Source: Octopus vulgaris
Lineage: Eukaryota
DNA: 64,000 nt
Assembly (NCBI GenBank): GCA_951406725.2
Contig: OX597815.1
Coordinates: 39,928,001-39,992,000 of the forward strand
Reading direction: 5' to 3'
A program made the position numbers and the translations under genes. The notes beneath the pieces are model-generated. The model had not been told where the DNA came from and ran no database searches. It saw only the letters and a program-made list of their open reading frames with translations. Positions within the stretch are counted from its first letter, which is position 1. The number at the start of each line of letters is the position of its first letter. This document shows, in pieces, positions 1 to 11,344 of the stretch.

Positions 1-1467
1 TGAAATATGAAAAGTGATAGAAATGGACGATAGTTGGTTGGGTTGGATGGTATTACCTGTATTTGGAGAGAGACACACTGAAGCCAAATAGTAGGGTATA
101 GGATTGTAGAGAGTGAAAGGTTAAAGAGTTTGGAGAGTATAGGAGAAAGTTCTGGGGGACATTGCTTATGTACAAGGGAAGGCACATTGCCAGGGCCGGT
201 GTTCTTATTCGTTCGAAGCACGTAAAGATATTTCTGCATTCGGCATGTATATTAGTAGATTGGGGAGCCCTTCGGTGGAAAGGGCAAGTTTCGGAGTTGA
301 GGTTAGATGGAAAGTGGCAACGGAGATGAAGGCTTTTTTCCATGGAGCTATTGGTTACAGGGCTATCATTGTTTAGGAGTGGAGGAAAAGAAGACTCCGA
401 AAAGCTAGTAGAGATCCTTTTGGCAAAGGGCTAGTTTCAGTGGCGGAAAAGCCCGGGGGGCCGTGTGGTGCACGAAGGCATCATTTGCAGAGCATCTGTA
501 GCACCACTAAGAATAAACCGTTGGGTTTTGCTGTGGGGGTAGGGATGTAAATGACTATGCCTATAATTGTGTCGGAACTATGAATCTCAATTATAGATTG
601 TATAAGATTATGCTTGACTAGTAAGCCATATCTAATTTTTATTACGAATTGGCTAGGTAGAATAACAAGACTGTATATAATTAGCCAATTTACAATGGTA
701 ATAATAATGCAAATGCATTTTAAACAATTTGGACAAATGTTCTGTTAGTTTTCCATCTTTTTTTTTTTCACTTTTTTCTTTGGTATGCGACAGTCTTCAG
801 TAGTTGTATTAATTTTACCACAGTGGTTAATGTTTCGTTAAAAATTAAGATTTTAAAATCATTTTTTAACCATGGATATTTTTCTTAGTCTAAATAAACC
901 CACAACCCATTGAGCTACTATTTCTTTGGAAATGCCATAAGGAATTCACTTTTTCATCGTGAAAGTATCTTTGATATCAAGAAGTGGCACTTCAGGGTTT
1001 TTTTTTCACTGATTTGATACTCATTAGTAGTAAAGGTATTTCCTTACAACATACACTTCATAGATATTTTTTGCGTTTGTTTTCCATCCAACTTAACACT
1101 TGATATGAGTCATTGAAAACTTAGCCTTCAATCTCTTAAATGCATAAAAAAGTATATATATGCTGAAGCCGTTCTTAATGAGAGATATCAAAAACGAAAA
1201 CACAATTTGAAAGCGAAAAATTTGCAATTCAAAATTTCTGCAAATCCTTATCCTTCAAAGATTTTTTTTTTGTATTTGACATTTTAACAACCTATACGTC
1301 ACGTTCATATATGCTGTGTCAACTCTGCATGTGATCATAATTATGTGCTTTTTGTTTCATTTCTTATAGTTAAATCAACATATACAGATATGTGAGTTTG
1401 AGTTGAGTACATACTTTTCATTGAGACAATTAAAGCCAGTAACTAATTGCTAGTTGTTATTAACAAA

Positions 1468-1573
1468 GCGAGCTGGCAGAATCATTAGCACGCCGGACAA
1501 AATACCTAGCGGCATTTCGTCCGTTTATACGTTCTGAGTTCAAATTCCGCCGAAATCGATTTTTGCATTTCAT
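1468..1573 (+). mobile_element. tRNA-derived SINE family A, 5' fragment
   Basis: GCGAGCTGGCAGAATCATTAGCACGCCGG...GTTCTGAGTTCAAATTCCGCCG (A/B-box-like head); same sequence recurs many times in the window. Confidence 0.8.
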
Positions 1574-1735
1574 GTGCGCGCATATATATGTATATATATT
1601 ATTATAATAGGGAGTATAACTCCAAACTTACAGGGTATTAAATTAAATTTCACAGTATAAATATATAATATATATAAATTAGAGAAAAACCACTATTATG
1701 TAAGCTATCAATATAATAATAGTGGTTTTTCTCTA

Positions 1736-1848
<113 letters not shown>

Positions 1849-1949
1849 GACAGAGAGAAATATATATACATATATATATTTCTATATTTAAGAGATGAAG
1901 AATTATGTCGAATGTAAATAATGTATATATATATCTTTTAAACTTATTT

Positions 1950-2743
1950 ACGGGAAACGTTTTTGCACCATACAACGGAACATCAAGAGTATGCAACTTA
2001 TGCCCAGAAGAAACTCTAGAAATCATCACATCCAGATAGACACTCCGAAGTGATCATATCGTGTAAACATGGAAGCAAACCATCGTTTCTGAAATTTGAA
2101 AAAAACATTTTCAAACGAGATAACATGAACAGCCCTTAGCATATTTTAGAAAAAGGAAGGAACACGAACAAATAAACAAACCAACCAATGTTTAGGATGT
2201 TACTACTGTACCACCGGAAACAATTAAAAGGTCACCTTGAGAAAGTATCATTTATCAGTTCAGAAAATGAACTCCAACAGTTGATGGTTGTAGTAGCTGT
2301 ACCGATTGACCTGGTTACTTCACAATTCATTGAAGATACTCATGCCTTAAATGAGATCAAACAAAGGAATGTACCACCCATCCTTGACATCTGCAGACTG
2401 AATAGCAAAATAAGTCCAACATCACCACACACACCTCCATTCCCATATAACTACCATTCCTTCCCCTCTTTCCATCACCTTTTCCTCCTTCCCGCCAAAT
2501 ACACACGGAAATACCCACATGATTCAATCAAGCTTCGCACTGGTCAAAAGGGTAAATATCCCTCTGTCAAACATCCAATAATGTTATATATCCTGAAGAA
2601 ATGACGCCCACGGATACTATCGGCTACACTGTTATCATCCCAGGAATATGGACTGTGATCTTAAGAGACATGTGATTACTGGAAGCGCTTGTAGCGATGC
2701 ATTAAATGTTTATAAATTCCATCCAAGGATTATTGTTATTATT

Positions 2744-2745
<2 letters not shown>
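1950..2745 (+). mobile_element. Penelope-like element 3' fragment (end of GIY-YIG region plus 3' UTR), decayed
   Basis: ~1953-2030 translates APYNGTSRVCNLCPEETLEII, matching the PY..S..CNLC..EK..I tail of PLE endonuclease domains; boundaries approximate. Confidence 0.5.
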
Positions 2746-2837
<92 letters not shown>

Positions 2838-2989
2838 CTTCGAAGTCACTTTGAACATTTTCCTTGTAAAATTTAATAAACATGCACCCTAATACAAAAA
2901 GTATTCAGTAATCCTTCGGATTAATATTATATTGTTTTCCTTTTTATAACATCATAAAAGCATACGTTAATACATATACACATATATAC

Positions 2990-3120
2990 GAGAGGTATCT
3001 CTCCTGTCTCCGTCTACCAACTTCTACTCACAAGATATTAATCAGCCCGAGTTCATAAGACACGTGACCAAGATGCCGTGTAGTGAGATCGAACTTGGTA
3101 CCACGTGGTTGCGTAGTGCC
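2990..3120 (-). mobile_element. SINE family B 5' fragment, diverged
   Basis: Reverse complement resembles the head of the family B copy at 28270-28702 (TTGGTAGACGGA motif). Confidence 0.55.
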
Positions 3121-4502
3121 TGCAACCATCTTTTATGCGTCGTGCAAATTTTCACTTGTATACTGTTTTATTATTGCATCTTATCAGTGAATTATTATAA
3201 TTGGTTTTTTAGTGTCGTTTGACATTTGCATGTATTTTTATAAATATTATAAATATTTTATAAATATCCATGTTCAAAATGCTGCACTTCAAATATAGTG
3301 GATCTCTCTTAATCTGACTCACAGGCACTAATTTAGTTTAATTTCATAAGAATATATATTATTGGCATCAATTTCTTTAATCCCACCGGTCATTTTACAT
3401 TAATATTTAGTATTGATATTAATTTCGCAACTTATTTATTTGTTTTTAATCCTCCTGAAATCGGTAAAATAACTACTAGTCAAGTCCTAGTGTGGATTAA
3501 ATAGACTACATGTCTCCCCGAAAGTGTGTGCCCCTGTAGAAAAATAACTCGACTTAATGATTTTCAAGCAAGAACTTCCTTGTTACTATCAAGAATTTTC
3601 TATCTCTGCTAAAGTTTCATACATTTGTTAGTTGAATGTTTGTACATTATAGCATCATTATAACATTAAGTGGAGACACTTTAATATTGGATTTTATGGT
3701 ACCTAAATCGACTCAGTGATTCATGTTAATGTTGTTAAGTAATGCTAAAAGCCCTATTGATGTGGAATATTCATTAGAGAAGAGGCAATCGCGGTAAAGT
3801 ATAAGGTGGAGGATATAACAGAACCTATAATTTAGAATGATTTCGGGGAAATTTGCTTGACGGAAGCAAATAGAATTGATTGTCAGCAAAGTTAGAACTC
3901 GTGAATTTTAAAAAATCAATACCTTATCTAGCAGGATTTTGCTTCATTTCTTAGAATTCTTTCAATTTGTTTCAGAAGTACTTCTTGTGAGTCAAAGATA
4001 CTTATCTTATGTAGTGAATGCAGTATGTATACTAATCCGGAGACCCTGAAAAGAAAATCGAAATTTTAAGGTTGTGATGATCACATAGAAAATTATCAAA
4101 ACTAAATACTAGACCAGCACCTATTGATCTATTCCGCCTCTCTATCGTCTTGTGGCATCCATTTTATATGTAACCAAATCTTGATAAATTCTATAGCAAG
4201 CATGTTTGAAACAGAATAACAGATTGTTCATTATATATAGACTGTCCTTATAATACCAGATGTTTAAAGAAAGAAAATAAGATTGTGTAAAGTTCATGCT
4301 ATTCTAATTGATTTCAGCGACGTAAGATTTTAAAACACTAGCATACTCCTGTCGTCAAAACTACCGATAGTTTTACTAATCATAGAAAATAGTGCATTAA
4401 AACTATCAGAGAAAACATTGATAAATGCCAGCAATCGAGTAAGTATATGCTCTTACACAGAATCGAAGCACTTGAACAATCAGATTTGTACTTTTACCTT
4501 GA

Positions 4503-4542
4503 ATTTCAATATTTCGAGGTTAGAAACTCTTCTTCAGGAAAT
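4503..4542 (-). ncRNA. Minimal type I hammerhead ribozyme
   Basis: Minus strand: ATTTC-CTGAAGA-A-GAG(tttctaac)CTC-GAAA-TA-T-T-GAAAT; 5-bp stem I, canonical core, palindromic AUAU stem III. Confidence 0.75.
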
Positions 4543-4622
4543 CTTGCAAGATATGATGTTTTGAGATGACTTGTCTATATATATATATAGACAGATATAT
4601 ATCTATCTATCTGTATTATATA

Positions 4623-6489
4623 ATGGTCCCCAACTATGCGAACATGTTCGTTGGCTACGTTGAGTCCCAAATATTCTCAAGTTTCACTGGTCCCACTCCC
4701 GAACTATACGGCCGTTATATTGACGACTGTATCGGTGCGACCACACTCTCTTGCGAACATCTAGACTTCATCCTCTCTTTTGTCGAATCTTTTCATCCTA
4801 CCCTCCACTTCTCCTCCACTATCTCTGACACCTCTGTCTCCTTTCTTGACATTTCGGTCAGCATTCATCACTCCACTCTCACCACCTCCATCCACTACAA
4901 ACACAGACTCACTCTCATACCTCAACTTCTCCTCCTCTCACCCTAAACACTCCAAGATTTCCATCCCCTATTCCCAATTCCTCCGTCTACGCATGCTCTG
5001 AAGTGACGACCACGACTTTGAGACTCTACATGGATATCCTTTCACCACTATCCACACCGCCCTTGCCAGAGCACGTTCCTTGGACAGTGCATCTACTCTT
5101 CCCACCCCACCCGAACCCACCCCGCCGTCTCCTACCTCCCTTTTCCCTTCACCTACCACCCCACCACCCTACCTCTCCAACGCACCACTCTCCGAGCCTT
5201 CAAACGAGCCCACATCCTACGAGACCATTTGGTCCACAGCTTCTTCCCTAACCCAACCTCCCAACCCGGCTCGTTCCCCTGCTCCCGCCCACACTGCCGC
5301 ACTTGCCTTTACCTCTCCAACACCGCCCTCCTCACCGGCACCTATCATCGACCCTATCATATCGTTGACTCCTTCACCTGCACTTCTACTGCATCTCCTG
5401 CTCTCTCTCTCTCTCTCTTTCTCTGCCCTTCTCTATATATTCGGGTAAACGGGACGCCGCTTCGCGGAACACTTCTAATGCATCCTACTCGGCAATGATA
5501 CCTCGGTCTCGCGCCATTTCCGCTCTACCGGTCATTCTTTGCAACACCTGTCCGTGTTCGGATTGTCCTTGCACAGAGGCTATCCGGACTCCCATTTGCG
5601 CCGTGAACTGGAATTAATCTTCTCTCTTCACTCTTTTGCTCCACATGGGCTCAATTCTCTTCCCCTCTTCATCTAACCTCCTGCCCTCGCCTCTCTTCCC
5701 CTCACACCTACTTCCTCCCACCCACCTCTCCTCTCTTGCTCCGACTCCTACTTCTTCTCTTCACTCCAGCTCTCCTTCTCTCTTCTCTTCACTCCTACCC
5801 ACCTTCACCTTCCCCCACTTCATCGTCACCCCTCCTACACATTCCAACCCCACATTCCCTATCCTTCCCATCCCTTACATCCACTTCCACATACCCCACA
5901 TCTACCTCCCCCCTCTACCTACCCACAAACCCCACCTCTACTCCACCCTCAACCTAACCCACATCCCAACCTTGCTTTCCCCACTCTCGCCTCCCCTACC
6001 TCCTACCACCATCACACCACACCACAAACCACTACACCATACACCAATACATCACACAACACATCGCATCACATCACACCACCACGCACACACTAGCATT
6101 GACCACTTCCCAGCCCCACATCTTCAAACCTACACATACACACACACACACGTCAATATCACCAGCCCTCTTCCACACCCACATACAACTCATATACAAA
6201 CGCACGCGCACCTGCGTTTTGAGATCAACACCACTTTGTTATCTCCCCTTCTCCCTAGCTCTCCTGTGTGACCCTTCTGTCCGGCCTTCGCCATGAGAGA
6301 TCGCTAGCCACTACACATTCTTTATTTTCTCTTGTTTCTTTCTGTATTCCTTTCTGTGGATGAGCGTAGGCTCGAAACGTTAAAGGCTTTTACACTTCCC
6401 CAGCGTTAAACTAATACATTCTGTTTGTTGTCTCCACCACCTGTCTTCGCCTTTTATTGTTGTTTTGTTTTTTTTTTTGTGAATTCTCC

Positions 6490-6492
<3 letters not shown>
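4623..6492 (+). mobile_element. 5'-truncated, frameshifted Penelope-like retroelement (Neptune-type): RT, thumb, Cys linker, GIY-YIG, 3' UTR
   Basis: MVPNYANMFVGYVE...YGRYIDDCIG...VSFLDISV (PLE RT); SIPYSQFLRLR (thumb); CSRPHCRTC linker; FTCTS, CPSLYI, HFRSTGHS, APHGLN endonuclease remnants; C/T-rich UTR; ends at (TA)n. Confidence 0.9.
6349..6386 (+). ncRNA. Variant minimal HHR (CUGUGGA core) in PLE 3' terminal repeat
   Basis: CCTTT-CTGTGGA-T-GAGC(gtag)GCTC-GAAA-CG-T-T-AAAGG; perfect stems I and II. Confidence 0.65.
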
Positions 6493-6525
<33 letters not shown>

Positions 6526-6527
<2 letters not shown>

Positions 6528-7177
6528 CTACAAAATTAGAGAATGGAGAAACATACTTAAATCAGTAAAACATCAACTATCCGATGATACTCAATCCATA
6601 CTTTAATACACCATTACATATGAGTAAAGGCAATATATAAAATGAAATGAGATATACAGTAATAGTAAAAGTAAAAAGATAAAGAGATATAAGTAAAATT
6701 TCAAATATAATATGCAAATAAATCAAAACTGACAGCTGTTTCGGCAGTGAGGACAGTCATACCTCATTTAACCTATAAGCCATAAAGGCAGGTATAAATG
6801 AGGCATTAACAAGGATGCCCCACGGCCTCTTCAGAGAATTAAATTAAATTTGTTATAATAGTGAAAAATATTATATAATCATATACATATAAATATAAAA
6901 ATATAAAAATGTAAAATATAAAAACTTATACATCATAATGCTACACTTATATAATATAATACACATTTGTACAAAAAGGAAGGTAAACAGAACAATATAA
7001 AACAAAATATATAACAGTGTATATATTAATATTAATAAGTACCGATAATTATACATATTTGGCTAATAGTTTTTTTTATAAAAAAAGGGGCTAACACATA
7101 TGGAGATGAAAAATAATAATTAAATCCGTGGTACAGTTCATAAAATTCTAAAGCTATAAAAGTTAATAAAAATTACT

Positions 7178-7227
<50 letters not shown>

Positions 7228-7350
7228 TAATAATAATAAAAAAAAATTGCTTGACAATTTTTAACATCTATGTATTATTTTTGTTGGGTACCTATCTAGC
7301 AGTATATTGGATATATATTATCCCATGGTGGGTTGAATTTTCAACCCCTA
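6526..7350 (-). mobile_element. Probable PLE 3' fragment between (TA)n tracts
   Basis: Carries the HHR at 6729-6836; (TA)n on both sides; weak endonuclease-tail-like translation near 7260-7340. Confidence 0.5.
6729..6836 (-). ncRNA. Type I HHR, canonical core, very long stem II
   Basis: Minus strand: CT-CTGAAGA-GGC...GCC-GAAA-CAGCTG-TC-AG; GUC site; stem II contains GCCTCATTTA/TAAATGAGGT and GTGGGG/CCTCAC pairings. Confidence 0.8.
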
Positions 7351-7353
7351 TCT

Positions 7354-7386
<33 letters not shown>

Positions 7387-7389
<3 letters not shown>

Positions 7390-7594
7390 CCATGATAGAT
7401 CGCTAGCCACTACACATTCTTTATTTTCTCTCCTTGTTTCTTTCTGTATTCTTTTCTGTGGATGAGCGTAGGCTCGAAACGTTAAAGACTTTTTCAATTC
7501 CCGAGCGTTAAACTAATACACCTGTTTGTTGTCTATACCACCTGTCTTCGCCTTTTGTTGTTGTTTTTGTTTTTTGTATTTTTGTGAATTCTCC

Positions 7595-7598
<4 letters not shown>
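7387..7598 (+). mobile_element. Solo ~210-bp PLE terminal-repeat unit with HHR-like motif (7452-7487)
   Basis: Homologous to 6288-6492; flanked by (TA)n. Confidence 0.85.
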
Positions 7599-7627
<29 letters not shown>

Positions 7628-7630
<3 letters not shown>

Positions 7631-7820
7631 TCATGATAGATCGCTAGCAACTACACATTCTTTATTTTCTCTCCTTGTTTCTTTCTGTGTGCCTTTCTGT
7701 GGAAGAGCGTAGGATCGAAACGTTAAAGACTTTTTCAATTCCCGAGCGTTATACTAATACATCTGTTTGTTTTCTACACCACCTGTCTTCGTCTTTTTGT
7801 TTTTTTTTTGTGTGAATTCT

Positions 7821-7823
<3 letters not shown>
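7628..7823 (+). mobile_element. Second solo PLE terminal-repeat unit with HHR-like motif (7693-7728)
   Basis: Homologous to 6288-6492 and 7387-7598 with the same 5' boundary; flanked by (TA)n. Confidence 0.85.
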
Positions 7824-7872
<49 letters not shown>

Positions 7873-7888
7873 GTGAAAGCCCGTCTTG

Positions 7889-7920
<32 letters not shown>

Positions 7921-7922
7921 CA

Positions 7923-8070
7923 AGACGGGCTTTCACTCAGTTTCCATTCACTCACAAGGCACTGGCCGACCCCGGAGATATAGTAGAAGACACTTTCACA
8001 CGGTTCCTCAAAGTGGAACTGAACCCGAAAAACGTGTTTTCAAAGCAAGCTTCTTAACCATACATGTCCG
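7923..8070 (-). mobile_element. SINE family B 5' half
   Basis: GACGGGCTTTC..CAGTTTCC..CTCACAAGGC..TAGTAGAAGACACTT..GGAACTGAACCCG = reverse complement of family B head. Confidence 0.75.
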
Positions 8071-8191
8071 AAAATTTATATGTAATGCTTTCAGAGTTTA
8101 AACCTCTCGGGAGTCTTTTTGGTCAAGTTTTTTTTAACTTACACGTAGATTAATCGGTATTTTGCGACTCATTACATTATATAAGCGAGAA

Positions 8192-8960
8192 AGGCTGCGA
8201 AGTGGCACAATCGTTAGCACGGCGGGCAAAATATTGGGTTGTCCGGAAAGTTCGTGTCGATTTATAGTAGCTTACCTTTCGACTTATTTTAGAACATGGT
8301 TGATTCCATAAAATAGGATTTGACTACACCTCCATTTAGAGCACAGTTTAAGCTATCTTTCCGTGGAAGAAGGTTTATGTTCCTATAATTCTGTAACCCT
8401 TTAAAATGGAAGATAAGAAAGTTCATTTTCGTCACTTGATGCTTTAGGAACCAGACAAAAATTGCTGCAGCTCTGCTGAGATGAGTTACCCAACCCTCCA
8501 TATTCACCAGATATTGCTCCTTCGGATTTCCACTTATTCAGGTCTTTGTAGAATAGTCTTAATGGTAAAAATTTCAATTCTTTGGATGACGTAAAAAGAT
8601 ACCTTGATGAATTCTTTGCCATGAAACCACTTCAATTCTGGGAAGAGGATATTTTCAAGTTAAAGGAAAGATGGAGACGCATTGTGCAGCAAAGTGGCTC
8701 ATATTTGGTTGATTAAAAATGTAATGGCAAGTATTTATTGACCTTTTTCTTTCCTTTAAAAATCGGCACGAACTTTCCGGACAACCCAATACTTAGCAGT
8801 ATTTCTTCCGGTTTTACATTCTGGATTCAAATTCCGCAGGGGGCCGACTTTGCCTTTCATTCTTTCGGAATCGATTAACTAAGTATCAGAAAAAGTACTG
8901 GGGTTGGTAAAATCGACTTTCACCCTCCACCAAAATTTAAGACCTGTGCCTTATAGCAGA
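8192..8960 (+). mobile_element. SINE family A interrupted by a mariner element
   Basis: Head (..AATCGTTAGCACGGCGGGCAAAATA) resumes after the mariner as CTTAGCAGTATTTC..GACTTTGCCTTTCATTCTTTCGG. Confidence 0.8.
8234..8789 (+). mobile_element. Internally deleted mariner transposon
   Basis: TIRs TTGGGTTGTCCGGAAAGTTCGTG / CACGAACTTTCCGGACAACCCAA, TA TSD; C-terminal remnant PPYSPDIAPSDFHLFRSL..KLKERWRRIV. Confidence 0.92.
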
Positions 8961-9545
8961 AATTATAACATATATGGGAGACCTTACCTTAATTCTATTT
9001 AGTATGCAAAGTATTTTAACTCAGTCAAGATCTTTGAGCTAAACAAAAAGAAAATTGGAAAAGGCGGCTTTAACCAGGCAAAATGGTGATGACAGTTTTA
9101 TGGCTTTCCGCTGCCTTGAGATTTGTCTCTTTTGTCTGACTTAACTGACAAAATATCTGCTTGACTTTAATCCCCTTAATGTGAAATCTGTGATTCTTGT
9201 ACGCTCTCAACGCCAATATTAGCTATAAACTAATTTAGATAAGTGATTTCAGATAATATAGCTGTTTGATCTCTTTGCTTCTCGCATGCCTCTTAAAGCC
9301 ACTACTTCTAATTTTTCTATAGATTTGAATGTTGTTTTTTAAAATGTCACTTATCCAACAATGTTCGATTCATCATATTTGGTGTATTATCTCACCTGTT
9401 TGATATCTTGAATAAAATTTTACCCGAAGATAATGGACTATATGCTATGATATAATTTATGAATACATTAATAAAATTCTACTGAAACAACTGTCGTAAA
9501 GTTTAAAGCCCATATTTCTTATTCTCTTGTTATTTTAATTTCTGA

Positions 9546-9709
9546 TATACATACATACATACATACATACATACATACATACATACATACAGACATACAT
9601 ACATACATACATACATACATACATACATACATACGTACGTACATACATACATACATACATACATACATACATACATACATACATACATACATACATACAT
9701 ACATGCATA

Positions 9710-9785
<76 letters not shown>
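9546..9785. repeat. Compound (TACA)n-(TA)n microsatellite
   Basis: Directly visible; representative of dozens of such tracts in the window. Confidence 0.95.
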
Positions 9786-9787
<2 letters not shown>

Positions 9788-9986
9788 CAATAATAATTCT
9801 CTAAATGAGATATAGACAGTGACTGCTCCATAATATAAGGGATATTAGCCAACTGAATATGGCTAGGGACAGGGCAGGGTGGTGGGGGTGTCACTGTTGC
9901 ATTTAGCCCCAGGCCAACATCAACGTCACCAGATAGGCCGACACCGTCACGGCGTCCTCTATCTTGCAAAGGGAGATCATTCCCCA

Positions 9987-10061
9987 AGAAGCGGATACCA
10001 CACACGGACCTAGGTTTCAAGGTGTATTGCCTATTATCAACGTGTGGTAGGCACCGCTTCT
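9987..10061 (-). ncRNA. Type I HHR, U3-A8 variant (copy 1)
   Basis: Exact reverse complement of 10405-10479. Confidence 0.75.
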
Positions 10062-10404
10062 CGACGAACGACCAACCGTGCAAGATATATATAAAGATTT
10101 TCAAGTAAATACATTTACTGATTTCGAAAATCTGTTCGACAGCAATAATAATTCTCTAAATGAGATATAGACCGTGACTGCTCCATAATATAAGGGATAT
10201 TAGCCAACTGAATATGGCTAGGGACAGGGCAGGGTGGTGGGGGTGTCACTGTTGCCAGTTGGCTAATATCCCTTATATTATGGAGCAGTCACTGTCTATA
10301 TCTCATTTAGAGAATTATTATTGCTGTCGAACAGATTTTCGAAATCAGTAAATGTATTTACTTGAAAATCTTTATATATATCTTGCACGGTTGGTCGTTC
10401 GTCG

Positions 10405-10479
10405 AGAAGCGGTGCCTACCACACGTTGATAATAGGCAATACACCTTGAAACCTAGGTCCGTGTGTGGTATCCGCTTCT
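10405..10479 (+). ncRNA. Type I HHR, U3-A8 variant (copy 2)
   Basis: CACACG-TTGATAA-T-AGG(caataca)CCT-T-GAAA-CCTAGG-TC-CGTGTG; stem I extended by AGAAGCGG/CCGCTTCT; predicted cut after C10459. Confidence 0.75.
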
Positions 10480-10628
10480 TGGGGAATGATCTCCCTTTGC
10501 AAGATAGAGGACGCCGTGACGGCGTCGGCCTATCTGGTGACGTTGATGTTGGCCTGGGGCTAAATGCAACAGTGACACCCCCACCACCCTGCCCTGTCCC
10601 TAGCCATATTCAGTTGGCTAATATCCCT

Positions 10629-10671
<43 letters not shown>

Positions 10672-10796
10672 AGATAAGGGCAAAAGAAAAATTCTAATGC
10701 CAAATATGCCGAAAAAAAGACAAGAATTGTCAATAACCATTATAATTTATGCGTCTCGAAACAAACCGATAGAAATCTCTAAAAAATTCGTTATTA

Positions 10797-10851
10797 CCGT
10801 ATTGGTCCAATTTCGGGGTTAATTCATAAGAAATTTTCCCCTCTGCAGCGG
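10797..10851 (-). ncRNA. Type I HHR (CUGCAGA core)
   Basis: CCG-CTGCAGA-GGGG...CCCC-GAAA-TTGGACCAA-TA-CGG. Confidence 0.7.
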
Positions 10852-11003
10852 CAAATACGTTAGATATTTCTAGTTCGAATCACACGTGTCTCGAGATGTG
10901 CCGAAGATTTTTCTATTTTGGATATATTTGGGGTACTTAGGTCTGCTCGGGACTTAGTGCTTGCTTTTTCCAGGGTATGAGTAAGTATTTCACTTATATC
11001 TCG

Positions 11004-11057
11004 CGTTGAAGAGGGAAAAATTTCTTATGAATTAACCCCGAAATTGGACCAATACGG
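11004..11057 (+). ncRNA. Type I HHR (UUGAAGA core)
   Basis: CG-TTGAAGA-GGGA...CCCC-GAAA-TTGGACCAA-TA-CGG. Confidence 0.65.
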
Positions 11058-11277
11058 TAATAACGAATTTTTTAGAGATTTCTATCGGTTTGTTTCGAGA
11101 CGCATAAATTATAATGGTTATTGACAATTCTTGTCTTTTTTTCGGCATATTTGGCATTAGAATTTTTCTTTTGCCCTTATCTTGTAAATTATTTATAAAT
11201 TTAACCTTTAAAGGTATTTTTTGATATGCTGGCCATTGATAAAATTTTTTTCCCGAAAAAATTTTATCCTACATTAG

Positions 11278-11320
<43 letters not shown>

Positions 11321-11344
11321 CATATATATATATATATATACATA

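Larger units (their letters stand above)
9786..10636. mobile_element. 355-bp HHR-bearing unit (retrozyme/PLE pLTR-like) in partial tandem plus inversion, within (TA)n
   Basis: 9786-10140 restarts at 10141-10255; 9830-10210 and 10256-10636 are 381-bp inverted arms (2 mismatches seen). Confidence 0.85.
10668..11280. mobile_element. PLE-type terminal repeat with inverted duplicate (arms ~10668-10844 and 11010-11186)
   Basis: ~177-bp near-perfect inverted arms, each carrying an HHR; bounded by (TA)n. Confidence 0.8.

Noticed and set aside
420-492. HHR-like trace on the minus strand (GCAAA-TGATG...GAAACTAG-CC-CTTTGC)
   Set aside because: Needs three or more core changes; the similar traces at ~2590-2700, 17362-17445, 50355-50400 and 62035-62075 are equally unsupported
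5636-6271. 211-aa Pro/His/Thr-rich ORF
   Set aside because: C-rich low-complexity PLE 3' UTR with no domain signature
9535-10697. Duplicated ORFs MKIFIYILHGW...
   Set aside because: Products of the inverted repeat running into microsatellite; no ATG start and no domain
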